This document shows positions 21,901 to 31,847 of a DNA stretch of 64,000 nucleotides, piece after piece (position 1 is the stretch's first letter; every line of letters begins with the position of its first letter). The DNA comes from Nostoc sp. DedSLP01. GTDB lineage: Bacteria; Cyanobacteriota; Cyanobacteriia; Cyanobacteriales; Nostocaceae. Location of the stretch: NCBI GenBank assembly GCA_034530875.2, contig JAVRCJ020000001.1, positions 64,001-128,000 of the forward strand, given 5' to 3'. Made by a program: the position numbers and the translations under genes. The notes beneath the pieces were generated by a model. That model was given only the letters and a program-made list of their open reading frames with translations, ran no database searches and was not told the DNA's origin.

Positions 21901-22545
21901 TGCTGAGATAATCGTTTGGGAAATTTCACCTAATCCAGGTAGTTTGAGAGATTCTGCTAAACCGAGAAACACCTCAGCTTGAGAGTTGATAAATTCAATA
22001 AATTCGGCATTATCTGGAGGATTATTAATAGCTTCAGCAATACTGTTTAAACGCTGTTCTACTCCGACTTCAAAAACAGACTGTACAATATCAAAACCTA
22101 ATTCTTCCGAAGTGGGAATATGAGCTTCAGCACCAAAAGCATCGCCCAGTTTTTCTTGCAGTTGGGCAAAAACTGAAGTCGCTCGTTGGAGTAGTTCTTT
22201 ATTATTAACAGTACTTCCGATTAGTTCGGTATTTAATGCTATGCTAAGACATTCATAAGCATGTATTAAAAGTGTTTGTAATTCATCGTCAACTACAACA
22301 TTTGGATTATATAGAGCCTTAAATACATCTTCTAAAAAATGGGCGATGGTTTTAATTACTTCCAGCCCAACATTGGCTGCGCCACCTTTAAGCGTATGGG
22401 TAGCTCGCATTAAATTATGAATTTTGGCAGTACTATAACTTTCTGATAAGCTAAATAATTCTTGCTCGATAATGTGTACTAATTCAGGGGCTTCTGCCAG
22501 AAAATAAATGTATCCTTGTTCGCGAATTGAAGTGTCAGTAATCAT
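18973..22545 (-). CDS. pixL: CheA-like hybrid histidine kinase (Hpt, HATPase, CheW, REC) of the pix system
   Basis: MRATHTLKGGA Hpt, HLVRNAFDHGIE, GRGMGLD, C-terminal receiver; operon context. Confidence 0.88.
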   Translation of the reverse strand: MITDTSIREQGYIYFLAEAPELVHIIEQELFSLSESYSTAKIHNLMRATHTLKGGAANVGLEVIKTIAHFLEDVFKALYNPNVVVDDELQTLLIHAYECLSIALNTELIGSTVNNKELLQRATSVFAQLQEKLGDAFGAEAHIPTSEELGFDIVQSVFEVGVEQRLNSIAEAINNPPDNAEFIEFINSQAEVFLGLAESLKLPGLGEISQTIISALQVNPTQVQQIAEIALTDLQEAQKSVLAGDRTSGGKASASLQKLANLENQEESEELPNNSFPSKFVFNEEQFYLFLTTSDDTKNEAVKPTTAKFYLKVIRYIFGWFNHEIQIPESELNLSLLVPKLPKKELLNYIESWLNKFLLFVREDEDSQSLCIYRQGIILIILFAVAKFQYYVDKSHNYLLVVKALQNKIYKLAKKYKNYPPVTAKEKNWLDSPKLQTLLVLKEISISSEITDPLLEVIWGEEPDQNLTAEVETNKSELEQIDTPKTVSEDIPNSSPQFNKEIDKKAENLPIKNTRQPSFIRVDTDKLQNLNYLAGELLINQKRRSLQDEQIQEIIEQLMQRLAKHQTILNELRDLPLQIQNFASQQTPNLAVKFDSLEMDVYTEFQMTLHEAIEETLQLQETTESLDLLVNQATQISGNKENLTLNIIDNLVEARMLPLGNILNRFPHMVNKLGNVYAKLVELKLCGTEVLVDKAIAEKLYDPLLHLVRNAFDHGIEPPHFRREFGKPEQGLIEICAYHQGSQTVIEVRDDGQGLNLDSIRRKAVELGNIESEEKARSYASKLTESELLDLIFSPGFSTANQVSEISGRGMGLDIVRTQMQALNGSVSVETSPNQGTKFILKIPFSMTTEKLMLVQAKGIVYALLLDSIEKILIPADDQIKETEGKKVLHWNADQDETMVSLRELSELIYYHGSLFNSNNQYNRTNTHDLNITKNPVLLLRRNQGMFALEVDQIIGEHELVIRPLGNAIAPPKYIYGCSSLPNGNLILVIDALSLAELSEMPQKTLDITASPNKKSVPISSTNTFSPTPSITPSTSTDTIKTQPSYSLEPNHQSPKVILVVDDAISLRQTISLTLQKSGYQVIQAQNGVEALEKLQLHPEIEVVVSDLEMPRMNGFELLTNFRQYPNFAKIPVVILTSRSAEKHRQLAQELGAKAYLTKPYLEHEFLTTIKGLINSDTENLNHVLIAANQ

Positions 22546-22548
22546 AAT

Positions 22549-22667
22549 GAGGGAGTGGGGAGTGGGGAATGGGGAGTGAGTAACCGAGTGGGGAATGGGG
22601 AAGGGAGTGGGGAGTAGTTAATATTTAAATTCCCTACTCCCTACTCCCTATTCCCTACTCCCTACTT
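22549..22667. repeat. STRR heptamer repeats in inverted arrangement
   Basis: GGGAGTG/GGGAATG runs followed by CCCTACT/CCCTATT runs. Confidence 0.85.
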
Positions 22668-23043
22668 CTTTATTATCTAAAGAACGAATCAAAGCGCGGA
22701 GTAGTCTTCCTACAGATTCACATTGCATCAAAATTGGACTGACTACTTGACTATCTGTAAGTCTCACGTTGGCTCTAGCCGATAGTAATAAGTGAGTTTC
22801 TAACTCTTTCAGAGAACCTTGTGCAATTCGGAGATATTTGATATATTCTGGGCGATACTCTCGCCCATAACCCTCAGCAATATTTGCTGGGATTGATGCA
22901 GCTGCTCGACGAATCTGTGAAGTCATTCCGTAAAGTTCCTCTTTCGGAAATGCAATCGTGAGTTGATAGCAAGCTTCGGCTAAATTCATACCTTCTTGCC
23001 AAACTTTCAAATCTTTATAAGAGCGAATTTTAGAATCTGTCAT
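22648..23043 (-). CDS. Four-helix-bundle protein (23S rRNA IVP / Avd-like family)
   Basis: YKDLKVWQ...FPKEELYGMTSQIRRAAASIPANIAEG...IAQGSLKELETHL. Confidence 0.92.
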   Translation of the reverse strand: MTDSKIRSYKDLKVWQEGMNLAEACYQLTIAFPKEELYGMTSQIRRAAASIPANIAEGYGREYRPEYIKYLRIAQGSLKELETHLLLSARANVRLTDSQVVSPILMQCESVGRLLRALIRSLDNKEVGSRE

Positions 23044-23071
23044 TCCCTACTTCCCACTCCCTATTCCCTAT

Positions 23072-26000
23072 CTAATTCACTTTGAACTTACTTGCAGTCG
23101 TTAATAAATCTTGCGCCATTCCTGATAATTCTTGAAACACAGTAGCAATTTCTTGAGATTCGGCAAAAGTTTTATTAGCGATTTCTGCAACGTCTTGCAT
23201 TGATGCAGTTACTGTTACAGATTGCGTCATTTGTTGTTGAGTTGCTGCGGTAATTCGCTCGATTAACTGACTAATTTCGGCAGTTGCAGAAACGATCGCA
23301 TTTAAGTTTTGGCGAGTATCGCTGACAAGATTTGTGCCTTCTACTACCTGCTGAATACCAGTTTCCATCGCTACTGCAACTTCACCTGTTTCTGCTTGAA
23401 TTTCTTGGACTAATTTTTCAATTTCGATGGTTGCTGCTGCTGACTGTCGAGACAAAGAACGGACTTCATCCGCCACAACTGCAAAGCCTTTGCCATATTC
23501 ACCTGCGCGGGTGGCTTCAATAGCTGCATTCAAAGCCAGGACGTTTGTCTGCGTAGCAAAATTACCAATCAAATTCACGACTTTAGAGATTTTTTGCGAG
23601 GATTCACTCAGGCGTTTAATCTTTTTGCTGGTTTGGGCGACGGTTTCACGAATTCCTTGGATGGCTTTGACAGTCAAGTTCATCGCGGTATCGCCAGACT
23701 CTACAGTTTGGTTGGCTTGTTGTACTGCTACTTGCACCAATTGGGCGTTTGCTACCACAGCTTGAGTCGAGTCCACCATTTGTTTAATATCTTCCAAGGC
23801 TGCCGTAATCTCTTCAGACTGATGTTGAGCTAAATTTGTCAGTCCTGCCAGCGAACCATTGCTATCGCTGGAAGTTTGAGCAACTTTTTGGGCTGCTGTC
23901 TGTACGTGAGTCACTATTTGCCGCAGTGCTTGCAAAGTATTATTGTAAGCGTCAGCGATCGTGCCTAGTTCGTCTTCTGTAATCGGCGCGCGTACTGTTA
24001 AATCGCCGTTGAGGGCAGGTCTTAGGGCTGTTAGAAGTTGAATCGATCTTTGTTGGAGTAATTCCTTAGCTGCTTTTTCCCGCGCTGCGGCTTCTGCTAA
24101 TTTTGTTGACTGTGCTTGTAGCTGTTGCATATATTCAGTTTGTTGTAATGCTATGCCCAACTGGCTGCCAATGCGTGCTAACAAACTGACTTGCGATTCT
24201 TCCCAATGACGCGGGCCAGAATTTTGATAAGCTGCCAGCAAGCCCCACAATTTTTCCCCAGAAAACACAGGGACAATGACATAAGCTTTAACTTCAAACT
24301 GTTCTAATATTTCAATATGGCAGGGGAAATGATTTGCTTCATAGATGTCATTGACAACAAAGTTTTCACCTTGGGCATATCGACCCCCATGAGTTTCTTG
24401 CAAATGCGTATCTTCCCAAACAGTTTTGATATCAGGGCCTACCAGTTTTACCCAATTGTGACCCACAGATTCAGCGACAAATTCACCACTCCAATTAGGA
24501 TGAAAGCGATAGACAGCGACGCGATCGCATCTTAATAATTGGCGCACTTCTAGAGTAGCTGTTTTAAAGATTTCTTCTACATCTAAGGATTGTCGAATGC
24601 GGTTAACTATCTTGGTAATCGATTTTTCTTGTTCTGCTATCTGAACTAATTGTTGAGATTTTACCCGCACTTGTTCGAGATATTCTGCTTGCGATATTGC
24701 TACACCAAATTGCAAGCCAATTTGAATTAAAAAGTTGAATTCCCAGGGCTGCCAATCACGAGAACCTGAGTTTTGATAAGCTGCTAATAAGCCCCACAAT
24801 TTTTCTCCAGAAAATACAGGAACAATTACATAAGCTCTCACTTGCAATTGTTCTAACATCTCAATATGGCAAGGAGAATGCCCTACTTGATAAATGTCGT
24901 TAGCAACAAAGCCTTCACCTTTGGCATATCTACCTCCTTGGTTTTCTTGCATGTAGGTATCTGCCCAGATAGTTCTAATGCCAGGCCCTACTAATTTTGT
25001 CCAATTATTACCCACTGACTCAGCAACAAATTCACCACTCCAATCAGGATTAAAGCGAAAAACACCAACGCGATCGCATTTTAATAATTGCCGTACTTCT
25101 TGAGTAGTTGTTTTAAAAACGCTTTCTATATCTAAGGATTGCCGAATGCGATTGACTATCTTAGTTACTGTTTTCTCTTGTTCAACTATCTGCGAAAGTT
25201 GTTCGGATTTTGTCTGCGCTTGCTCGAGATATTCGCTTTGTGAAATAGCTACACCAAATTGCAAGCCAATTTGAGTTAAGAAAGTTTCTTCCCAAGGCTG
25301 CCAATCACGAGGGCCAGAATTTTGATAAGCTGCCAGCAAGCCCCATAATTTTTCTCCCGAAAAGATTGGCGCAATGATATAAGCCATCATTTGGAACTGC
25401 TCTAAAATATCAATGTGACATTGAGCATGGCCTGTTTGATAAATATCTTTAACAACAAAACTTTCACCTTTGGCGTAACGTCCTCCTTGGGTATCTTGGA
25501 GGTGGGTATCTTCCCAGACCATTTTAAAATCAGGCCCGACCATTCTTACCCAACCATTGCCCACTGACTCGGCTACAAACTCGCCACTCCAGTCAGGTCT
25601 AAAGCGATAAACACCAACGCGATCGCATTTTAATAGTTGGCGGATTTCTTGAGTAGTTGTTTGGAAAAGTTTATCGACATTTGATATCCGTAAAATCTTG
25701 TCGATGACTTTAGCTACCGATTTTTTAGCTAGTGTCTGTTGTTGCAGTTCTTTTTGAAATTCAAAGCCGTGAAATCTGTAGCTTAATTCAGTAGCAATTT
25801 GAGACAACAAGCTGATTTCTGCCTCTTGCCATTGCCGCGCACAAGAGCAATTATTTACTGCTAATAATCCCCAGACTTTACCTTCTACTAAAATTGGTAA
25901 ACTCAAACTAGCTTTGACTTGAAACTTTTCTAACAGTTGCTTGTGATGGGGTGTCAGTTGTATCTGATCGATATCGTCAATAGCAACAGACTCTAAATAG

Positions 26001-26380
26001 TCTTGATTCGTATATAAGCCAAAAAGAATTCCCGGAATATTTTCGCTTAGAGTCGGCGTCCAACCTAGCGTTCGAGATTCTGCTAAAACATTACCTACCT
26101 CTCGGGAAGTAAATTGGTAAATTAAGGCGCGATCGCAACCAATTTTTTCTCTAATTTGTGTTACAGTAATTTTAAGTAAAGTATCAAAATCTGAAGCTTG
26201 CTGCATGTGAATGGCGATATCTTGTAACTGTCGCCGCCATACCTTAAATTCTTGAGCGATCGCATTTAATAAAGAAATTTCATCCCTAGCAATATTGGCT
26301 ACATTAGGGTTACCGTTTTCGTTTTCTACTTCACAGAGTGGATTCTCATTTTCGCGATCGTTGTGATATACAAATGTCAT
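23072..26380 (-). CDS. pixJ: Photosensory methyl-accepting protein with four GAF domains (three red/green-type CBCR GAFs)
   Basis: GAF2-4 carry W-x-D-T-x-(L/M)-Q...GGRY and CH motifs; MCP hairpin [31 protein letters not shown]. Confidence 0.9.
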   Translation of the reverse strand: MTFVYHNDRENENPLCEVENENGNPNVANIARDEISLLNAIAQEFKVWRRQLQDIAIHMQQASDFDTLLKITVTQIREKIGCDRALIYQFTSREVGNVLAESRTLGWTPTLSENIPGILFGLYTNQDYLESVAIDDIDQIQLTPHHKQLLEKFQVKASLSLPILVEGKVWGLLAVNNCSCARQWQEAEISLLSQIATELSYRFHGFEFQKELQQQTLAKKSVAKVIDKILRISNVDKLFQTTTQEIRQLLKCDRVGVYRFRPDWSGEFVAESVGNGWVRMVGPDFKMVWEDTHLQDTQGGRYAKGESFVVKDIYQTGHAQCHIDILEQFQMMAYIIAPIFSGEKLWGLLAAYQNSGPRDWQPWEETFLTQIGLQFGVAISQSEYLEQAQTKSEQLSQIVEQEKTVTKIVNRIRQSLDIESVFKTTTQEVRQLLKCDRVGVFRFNPDWSGEFVAESVGNNWTKLVGPGIRTIWADTYMQENQGGRYAKGEGFVANDIYQVGHSPCHIEMLEQLQVRAYVIVPVFSGEKLWGLLAAYQNSGSRDWQPWEFNFLIQIGLQFGVAISQAEYLEQVRVKSQQLVQIAEQEKSITKIVNRIRQSLDVEEIFKTATLEVRQLLRCDRVAVYRFHPNWSGEFVAESVGHNWVKLVGPDIKTVWEDTHLQETHGGRYAQGENFVVNDIYEANHFPCHIEILEQFEVKAYVIVPVFSGEKLWGLLAAYQNSGPRHWEESQVSLLARIGSQLGIALQQTEYMQQLQAQSTKLAEAAAREKAAKELLQQRSIQLLTALRPALNGDLTVRAPITEDELGTIADAYNNTLQALRQIVTHVQTAAQKVAQTSSDSNGSLAGLTNLAQHQSEEITAALEDIKQMVDSTQAVVANAQLVQVAVQQANQTVESGDTAMNLTVKAIQGIRETVAQTSKKIKRLSESSQKISKVVNLIGNFATQTNVLALNAAIEATRAGEYGKGFAVVADEVRSLSRQSAAATIEIEKLVQEIQAETGEVAVAMETGIQQVVEGTNLVSDTRQNLNAIVSATAEISQLIERITAATQQQMTQSVTVTASMQDVAEIANKTFAESQEIATVFQELSGMAQDLLTTASKFKVN

Positions 26381-26465
26381 TAGTTAAACCTCAAAATTTA
26401 TTATGAGTAATAATTTGATAATTCTGCGTTTCAAAACCATTTGGTCTTAGATAATTACCAAATTT

Positions 26466-26939
26466 TCAATTATGAATTCCCCAGATGGTAGCTTGGATGA
26501 TAGCTAACGCATCTAAATTGAGTATCATTTCCTTTGAATCATTAATAAAATATCCGTCCAAAAAAGCTGACATTTTTGGATCGAATAGTTCGCTATTTGG
26601 CGGTTTTATTTGCTTAGTATCTAACCATTCGATATCCATAAGTTGTCTCACCAATAATCCCAAGGACTTATTCTCATATTCCAAAACAATCGCCATCATT
26701 TTTGAAAGCAAATTTGAGCCTTGAGAAATTGGAGGATAACCTAGCATTGCTTCTAAATCTACTAACCAAAGCATCTCGCCGCGCCAGTTATAAATACCCA
26801 AAACGCAACTCGGCATCTGAGGTACTCCACATATTTCTGGCAATGATACTTGCACAACTTCTGTGATGTGTTCTAACGAAATTACGGCTGTATCTCTTAT
26901 TCCCAAATGAAAACTTAAAAATTTTTGCTTGGTTTCCAA
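26466..26939 (-). CDS. pixI: CheW-like coupling protein (probable TTG start)
   Basis: VPQMPSCVLGIYNWRGEMLWLVDL; AAAGGA ribosome-binding site upstream. Confidence 0.85.
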   Translation of the reverse strand: METKQKFLSFHLGIRDTAVISLEHITEVVQVSLPEICGVPQMPSCVLGIYNWRGEMLWLVDLEAMLGYPPISQGSNLLSKMMAIVLEYENKSLGLLVRQLMDIEWLDTKQIKPPNSELFDPKMSAFLDGYFINDSKEMILNLDALAIIQATIWGIHN

Positions 26940-27054
26940 AGTTAACAATCCTTTGCGATAAATAATTTTTATTGAGCTATAATTTGCAGTTAAGATTGAA
27001 AATTATTTAGATAATTAGAGACAGCAATTTTCGGTTTTTGTTTTATATGAAGAA

Positions 27055-27420
27055 TTAATTATTAGTTAATTGTTTGAGAATTACTAATAATTCTTCTCGA
27101 TTGATTGGCTTTGATAAATAGCCGTCAGCACCCAGCATGTTACCCCAAATTTTATCTACATCGCTATTTTTTGTAGAACAAAAAACTACAGGTATTTTGC
27201 TAGTTTTGGGATTATTTTTGAGTTCTCGGCAAATTTCAAAGCCACTTTTACCTGGTAAAATTACGTCAAGAAATATTAGATCTGGCTGATTTTTATTTAT
27301 TTTTTCTTGAGCCTCTTCACTACTTGTGGCGCTAATCACAGAATAACCTGCCTGTTGTAAGTAACGGCTGATTATTTCCATATCAGTTAAGCCATCTTCA
27401 ACAACTAAAACAGTATTCAT
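27055..27420 (-). CDS. pixH: CheY-like single-domain response regulator
   Basis: VLVVED, IFLDVILP, SKP receiver motifs; operon context. Confidence 0.85.
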   Translation of the reverse strand: MNTVLVVEDGLTDMEIISRYLQQAGYSVISATSSEEAQEKINKNQPDLIFLDVILPGKSGFEICRELKNNPKTSKIPVVFCSTKNSDVDKIWGNMLGADGYLSKPINREELLVILKQLTNN

Positions 27421-28046
27421 GGTAATTACCTATCAAATCTTTCTAAGAATGTAAAAAAACTGAAATATCTAGCCAAATTAGATATACAAACCCTAAAGGA
27501 TTTGCATACATACTGCTACCTTCAGGGTTAATACAGATGTCCAAGAAGGGAAGCAAGAAAATTGATTTATATCAATTATTTCGTGAAATGGTATAAGCCT
27601 TTTGCCATAACCAATATTCCACAAATAAAATAGAATTGCTATAAATACAAAAATTTGTACCTATCTAATTTTGATTCAAGCTTTATATATCAACCTCAGA
27701 AAAAGTACGTAACCAACATAATTTAATACTTTTATATAAATTGAAAATACTTTTATTAGTTAATATTTTGTTAATTAAAATCGGTATAGTAATTAGTGGA
27801 CTATTTTATAAATAATTAAATTGAATTTTCCAATAAAGATGTGATTTGCAACAAATTAGGTGGGTGTCGAACTCCACCTAAATTTTTTGTTGGCAATTCT
27901 AGAATGTGGCTTTTATTTATCACTCTAGGAAATTAGTTTTTTATAAAATCGTGAAGTTTATAGTTGGTTAATTAATCTCCTAGTGTCGATGTCTATAATT
28001 TTATAATTGTTGAGATCGTCTAAAGAGTAATTATTCTTAATAATTA

Positions 28047-29264
28047 CTAACTAACTTTTTGATTTAAAACCTCTACATTTGATTTACTTTTATCAATAGA
28101 TACACTTGGTGTAGGTAAATATTTTTTTACGATACCCATCACCTTATCAGCCACTACAGGTTTAGTGAGAAAATCTGTAGAACCGACCACCTTAGCACGA
28201 ACTCTATCTAAAAGCCCATCACTGCCTGTTAAGATAATTACTGGTGTGTTGGCAAAAGCAGATATTCGTCGCAATTGAGTGCAGATTTCGTAACCGCTGG
28301 CTACTGGCATAATCAAATCTAAGAAAATCAAATCTGGTTTATCCTGAATCAGAGTTGGTAAAGCTTGTACTGCATCTTGAATTTTGACAAACCTCAGTCC
28401 ATTGCCAGTAATAATTTCCTCAAGCATTTTACAAACCTGTGGGCTATCATCTACACAGGCTACTAATGGAACAGTCGGCTTCTTTGCTTGTTGTGGTGTG
28501 GTAAATTTATTGTTGGTGTCAGCCATTAATAATGGTAAGTCAGGCACTTCTACTAATTCAATGATTCCTTTGAGGATATAAGGAAGCAAAGAACGAGTCA
28601 GCGGTAGTACGTTCTGCTTCATTTTCATGGCTAAATCTCGCAGAGTGAATTTACCATTGATTAAATTCACAAAGTTTTTGTAGACAGATGGACTTACTAT
28701 CTGTTGGAGTTGTTCTGGTCGCCGCAAAACAGGTGCTAAGTCGGGAGAAAAATTTGCTAAACCTGCTTCTGACCAACTTTTCCACGAGTCTTGCATCTGC
28801 CTTACAGACATTTCTGCACTCGTGAAGCTCATTGGTGTTTCTAAAATAACTTCTTGAGTGCGATTGCAAGTTACAGAAGCAAAATTTGCTTGTAAAGCTA
28901 GGTCAAACAGTAGTTCTGATATGGTATTTTCGGCAATAGATTGAATCTGTTCTCTTTGGATTTTCTGCTTTTTATACAAGATTTCTATTAGGCGATAGTC
29001 CCAGTAATCTATTGAGATATCTTGCGATCGCAACTGCAATTTATCAAGATCGATTTGCGGGCAATTTTGAGCAATATGTCTGCGCCAGCGCCGAAAGGGA
29101 TGAGTTCCGCCTGTTGCCCAAACTATACGTCCCAGGCGATAATAAAAAGTCCATTGGCTACCCTTTGAACTTTTAATATTTAATTTGCCATTGTATTGCA
29201 GTTGAGTACAAGTTTTAAATTCATTAACTAAATCAGTTGAAACTATCACTTCCGTATGGGCCAT
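28047..29264 (-). CDS. pixG: PatA-family response regulator (PATAN + REC)
   Basis: N-terminal WTFYYRLGRIVWATGG PATAN domain; C-terminal receiver. Confidence 0.85.
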   Translation of the reverse strand: MAHTEVIVSTDLVNEFKTCTQLQYNGKLNIKSSKGSQWTFYYRLGRIVWATGGTHPFRRWRRHIAQNCPQIDLDKLQLRSQDISIDYWDYRLIEILYKKQKIQREQIQSIAENTISELLFDLALQANFASVTCNRTQEVILETPMSFTSAEMSVRQMQDSWKSWSEAGLANFSPDLAPVLRRPEQLQQIVSPSVYKNFVNLINGKFTLRDLAMKMKQNVLPLTRSLLPYILKGIIELVEVPDLPLLMADTNNKFTTPQQAKKPTVPLVACVDDSPQVCKMLEEIITGNGLRFVKIQDAVQALPTLIQDKPDLIFLDLIMPVASGYEICTQLRRISAFANTPVIILTGSDGLLDRVRAKVVGSTDFLTKPVVADKVMGIVKKYLPTPSVSIDKSKSNVEVLNQKVS

Positions 29265-29893
29265 ATTTTATTCCTTTTATTAAAAAGCTAGCTCTTGAAA
29301 ACCCACACTAGCTATATACTGGTCAGCAGACACGCTAATAATTGCTAATATATTTATTACATAGCAGTCTCAAACAAAATTATTTAAAACAGGGTAAATG
29401 AGTAGATAGTAAAATCCTTACTAGTTAAGTTATTTAGCAGAAAATTTTTGCTTATTAAACTCGATTTTGATGCTAATATTAACTACTCAACTAGTTTCAT
29501 ATAGTCTACATCATTTAAAATTTATTCAGTATTGATATATCATTGTAATGATTATGATAAAAAATCATATCCGTACAAGTCCTGAATTATTGTTGAAAAA
29601 ATACCAGTTTCCATCCCAGATATTATTTATATTGATTCTGAAATATGAATAAATGCCAGAAAAAGATTAATTAAATTGAAATAATATTAATAAATTATAA
29701 ACAAGCTGCGATCGCCGCTAGGGGAATGTTGAATTCGGCAGCTATCCTAAAAACTAGAAATCAGAAACTAGTTGCAACCAAGCAGGAAACCTGCCGAAGT
29801 TCTGATGGTTAGTCAGCAAATAAAACTTCAAAGCAGGTGTCCCGTTTTTTAATTGTTTGAGAAAAGTTAGCAGCAATACACCAATTATCAGGC

Positions 29894-30814
29894 TTATTTG
29901 TGGTTTTGATAGCTGACAACAGCGGCTCTGAGATTACCTTGATGTTCGGCAAGAAGGCGATCGCCTTCTTCTTTTTCTAAACCAGTCCAGTGCATTAATA
30001 AGGCTAACTTCACCCACTTACCACTACGTTCTAATAAAAAACCAGCAGCTTCGCGGCTTAAACCTGTGAGGTCTTGCAAAATTCGCAAAGCGCGATCGCG
30101 TAACTTTTGATTTGTGACTGCCACATCCACCATGCGATTGCCGTAAACCTTACCCAGCTTGACCATTACCCCAGTTGAAAGGATATTTAAAGCTAATTTG
30201 GTGGCTGTACCAGCTTTGAGGCGAGTTGAACCAGCGATGATTTCTGGCCCTGTCAACAGGCGAATATCAACATCGGCATCAAACCTAACTTGTTCGGTGG
30301 GAACGCAGGCGATAAAAATAGTAGCGGCTCCTCGTTGACGAGCCGCATTGAGAGCACCGTGGACATAAGGCGTTGTACCGCCAGCAGTAATGCCAACTAC
30401 GACATCTAGCTGTGTGATATGTCGTCCGGCGATCGCAGTTTCGCCATCTTCAAGCCTGTCTTCTAAATCTTCAGAACTGCGTACCAAGGCACCAGCGCCC
30501 CCAGCGATAATCCCTTGTACCAACTCTGGCGGCGTGCAAAAAGTAGGTGGACATTCAGCAGCATCTAATACCCCTAACCTGCCACTGGTACCCGCACCAA
30601 TATAAAATAGGCGTCCTCCTTGGTGCAAACGCTCTGCGGTAAGTTCGATTGCCCGTGCCAACTCAACTTTTGCTGCTGCAACTGCGGCGACTGCCTTTTG
30701 GTCTTCATGATTAAACAGCTCCACCAACTCCAAAGAACTCAGCTGGTCTAAGTTCAGACTGTTAGGATTTACTAGTTCAGTTAATAGATGCCCGCGTTCC
30801 TGTAGATTTGTCAT
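29894..30814 (-). CDS. murQ: N-acetylmuramic acid 6-phosphate etherase
   Basis: GAGTSGRLGVLDAAECPPTF, GPEIIAGSTRLKAGTATK, NRMVDV. Confidence 0.96.
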   Translation of the reverse strand: MTNLQERGHLLTELVNPNSLNLDQLSSLELVELFNHEDQKAVAAVAAAKVELARAIELTAERLHQGGRLFYIGAGTSGRLGVLDAAECPPTFCTPPELVQGIIAGGAGALVRSSEDLEDRLEDGETAIAGRHITQLDVVVGITAGGTTPYVHGALNAARQRGAATIFIACVPTEQVRFDADVDIRLLTGPEIIAGSTRLKAGTATKLALNILSTGVMVKLGKVYGNRMVDVAVTNQKLRDRALRILQDLTGLSREAAGFLLERSGKWVKLALLMHWTGLEKEEGDRLLAEHQGNLRAAVVSYQNHK

Positions 30815-31133
30815 TTCTTGTTTATCCTAATTGTTACAAAGTTCTGTTCGCTCTTAGCGTTGGCGTATCTTTATGGGGAAGCAAGCTAGCAAGAGCGTCT
30901 CGTAGAAAAGCCAGACGCTCGCAGACACGGCGAATCGCTCTCATCGCCTCAAGCCGGCGCATCCTGACAGGATCTTGCTACAGACTTTGCGCTTTGTCAT
31001 TTTTCTTCTGTTACCAAGTTCTGGCGCTTCTGGCAAGTCGTCCTCTAGATTTCGATGACCGGAGTCAGCGCTGAAACTTTGTGCTTTTTCCTTCGTCAAA
31101 ACCAATGACCAATGACTAATGACCACTACCCAA

Positions 31134-31568
31134 TTACAATAATCCTTCCAATTTGCGACGAATTTTCTCTAATTCAGAATCAGACAATTCTGATTCTTCT
31201 GGTGGCTGTTCGTTAGGATAGGAGGTGTCTTCAAGAGTATCCTCTGTTTGGGCGTCTGGTTGCCAGTCGGTTTGTTCGACATTAATTTCTGGGGGAGTAA
31301 TAACTGAATCGCTGTTTTCTGGGATGATTTCCCAGTCATATCCGGCACTTTCACAAAATCCCTTAATTTCTTCAGCATCCATTTCCTCTGGTGTAGGTGT
31401 GGGGAAATCTTGAGCTTCTAGCATCAAGGCAAAGCGCGTGGCGTCGTCTTCTGACTCGAACATCAGAATTGTATTGCGTAGCTTGCCGCCTTCGGCATCG
31501 CCCTTGAGAATCGTGTGAATACCTTCATTTTCGGTTCCGGCATTAAACATTAACACAAAAACACGCAT
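31134..31568 (-). CDS. DUF3110 family protein
   Basis: VFVLMFNAGTENEGIHT...FESEDDATRFALMLEAQDFP. Confidence 0.85.
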   Translation of the reverse strand: MRVFVLMFNAGTENEGIHTILKGDAEGGKLRNTILMFESEDDATRFALMLEAQDFPTPTPEEMDAEEIKGFCESAGYDWEIIPENSDSVITPPEINVEQTDWQPDAQTEDTLEDTSYPNEQPPEESELSDSELEKIRRKLEGLL

Positions 31569-31847
31569 AAATTTGCTTATCTAATTATTTTTCAGATGTA
31601 GATCTTATTTATATTAAAGTTCTAGGTTATGCCTCAGGGAAAGTCACATTCATAATTTTCACTTTATTCCGATTTTCCTGAAAGTACTAACATCATTCAG
31701 CATAAGTATTGGATCGAGCAAATGCCGTAACTTAACCCATGAGGTCTTGGGTTTAGTAACGTATCCTGGAAATGGCATACTGAATCAATCTGTCAGTTAA
31801 TGCTTGTGTGTCCTAGTTGCATCCGGCAATTAAAGCAGTGAAAGGAA

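Noticed and set aside
22648..23043. Diversity-generating retroelement suggested by the Avd-like gene
   Set aside because: No reverse transcriptase and no TR/VR pair differing at adenines was seen
23600..25700. DNA repeats within pixJ as a mobile or recombination system
   Set aside because: Explained by the tandem GAF domains
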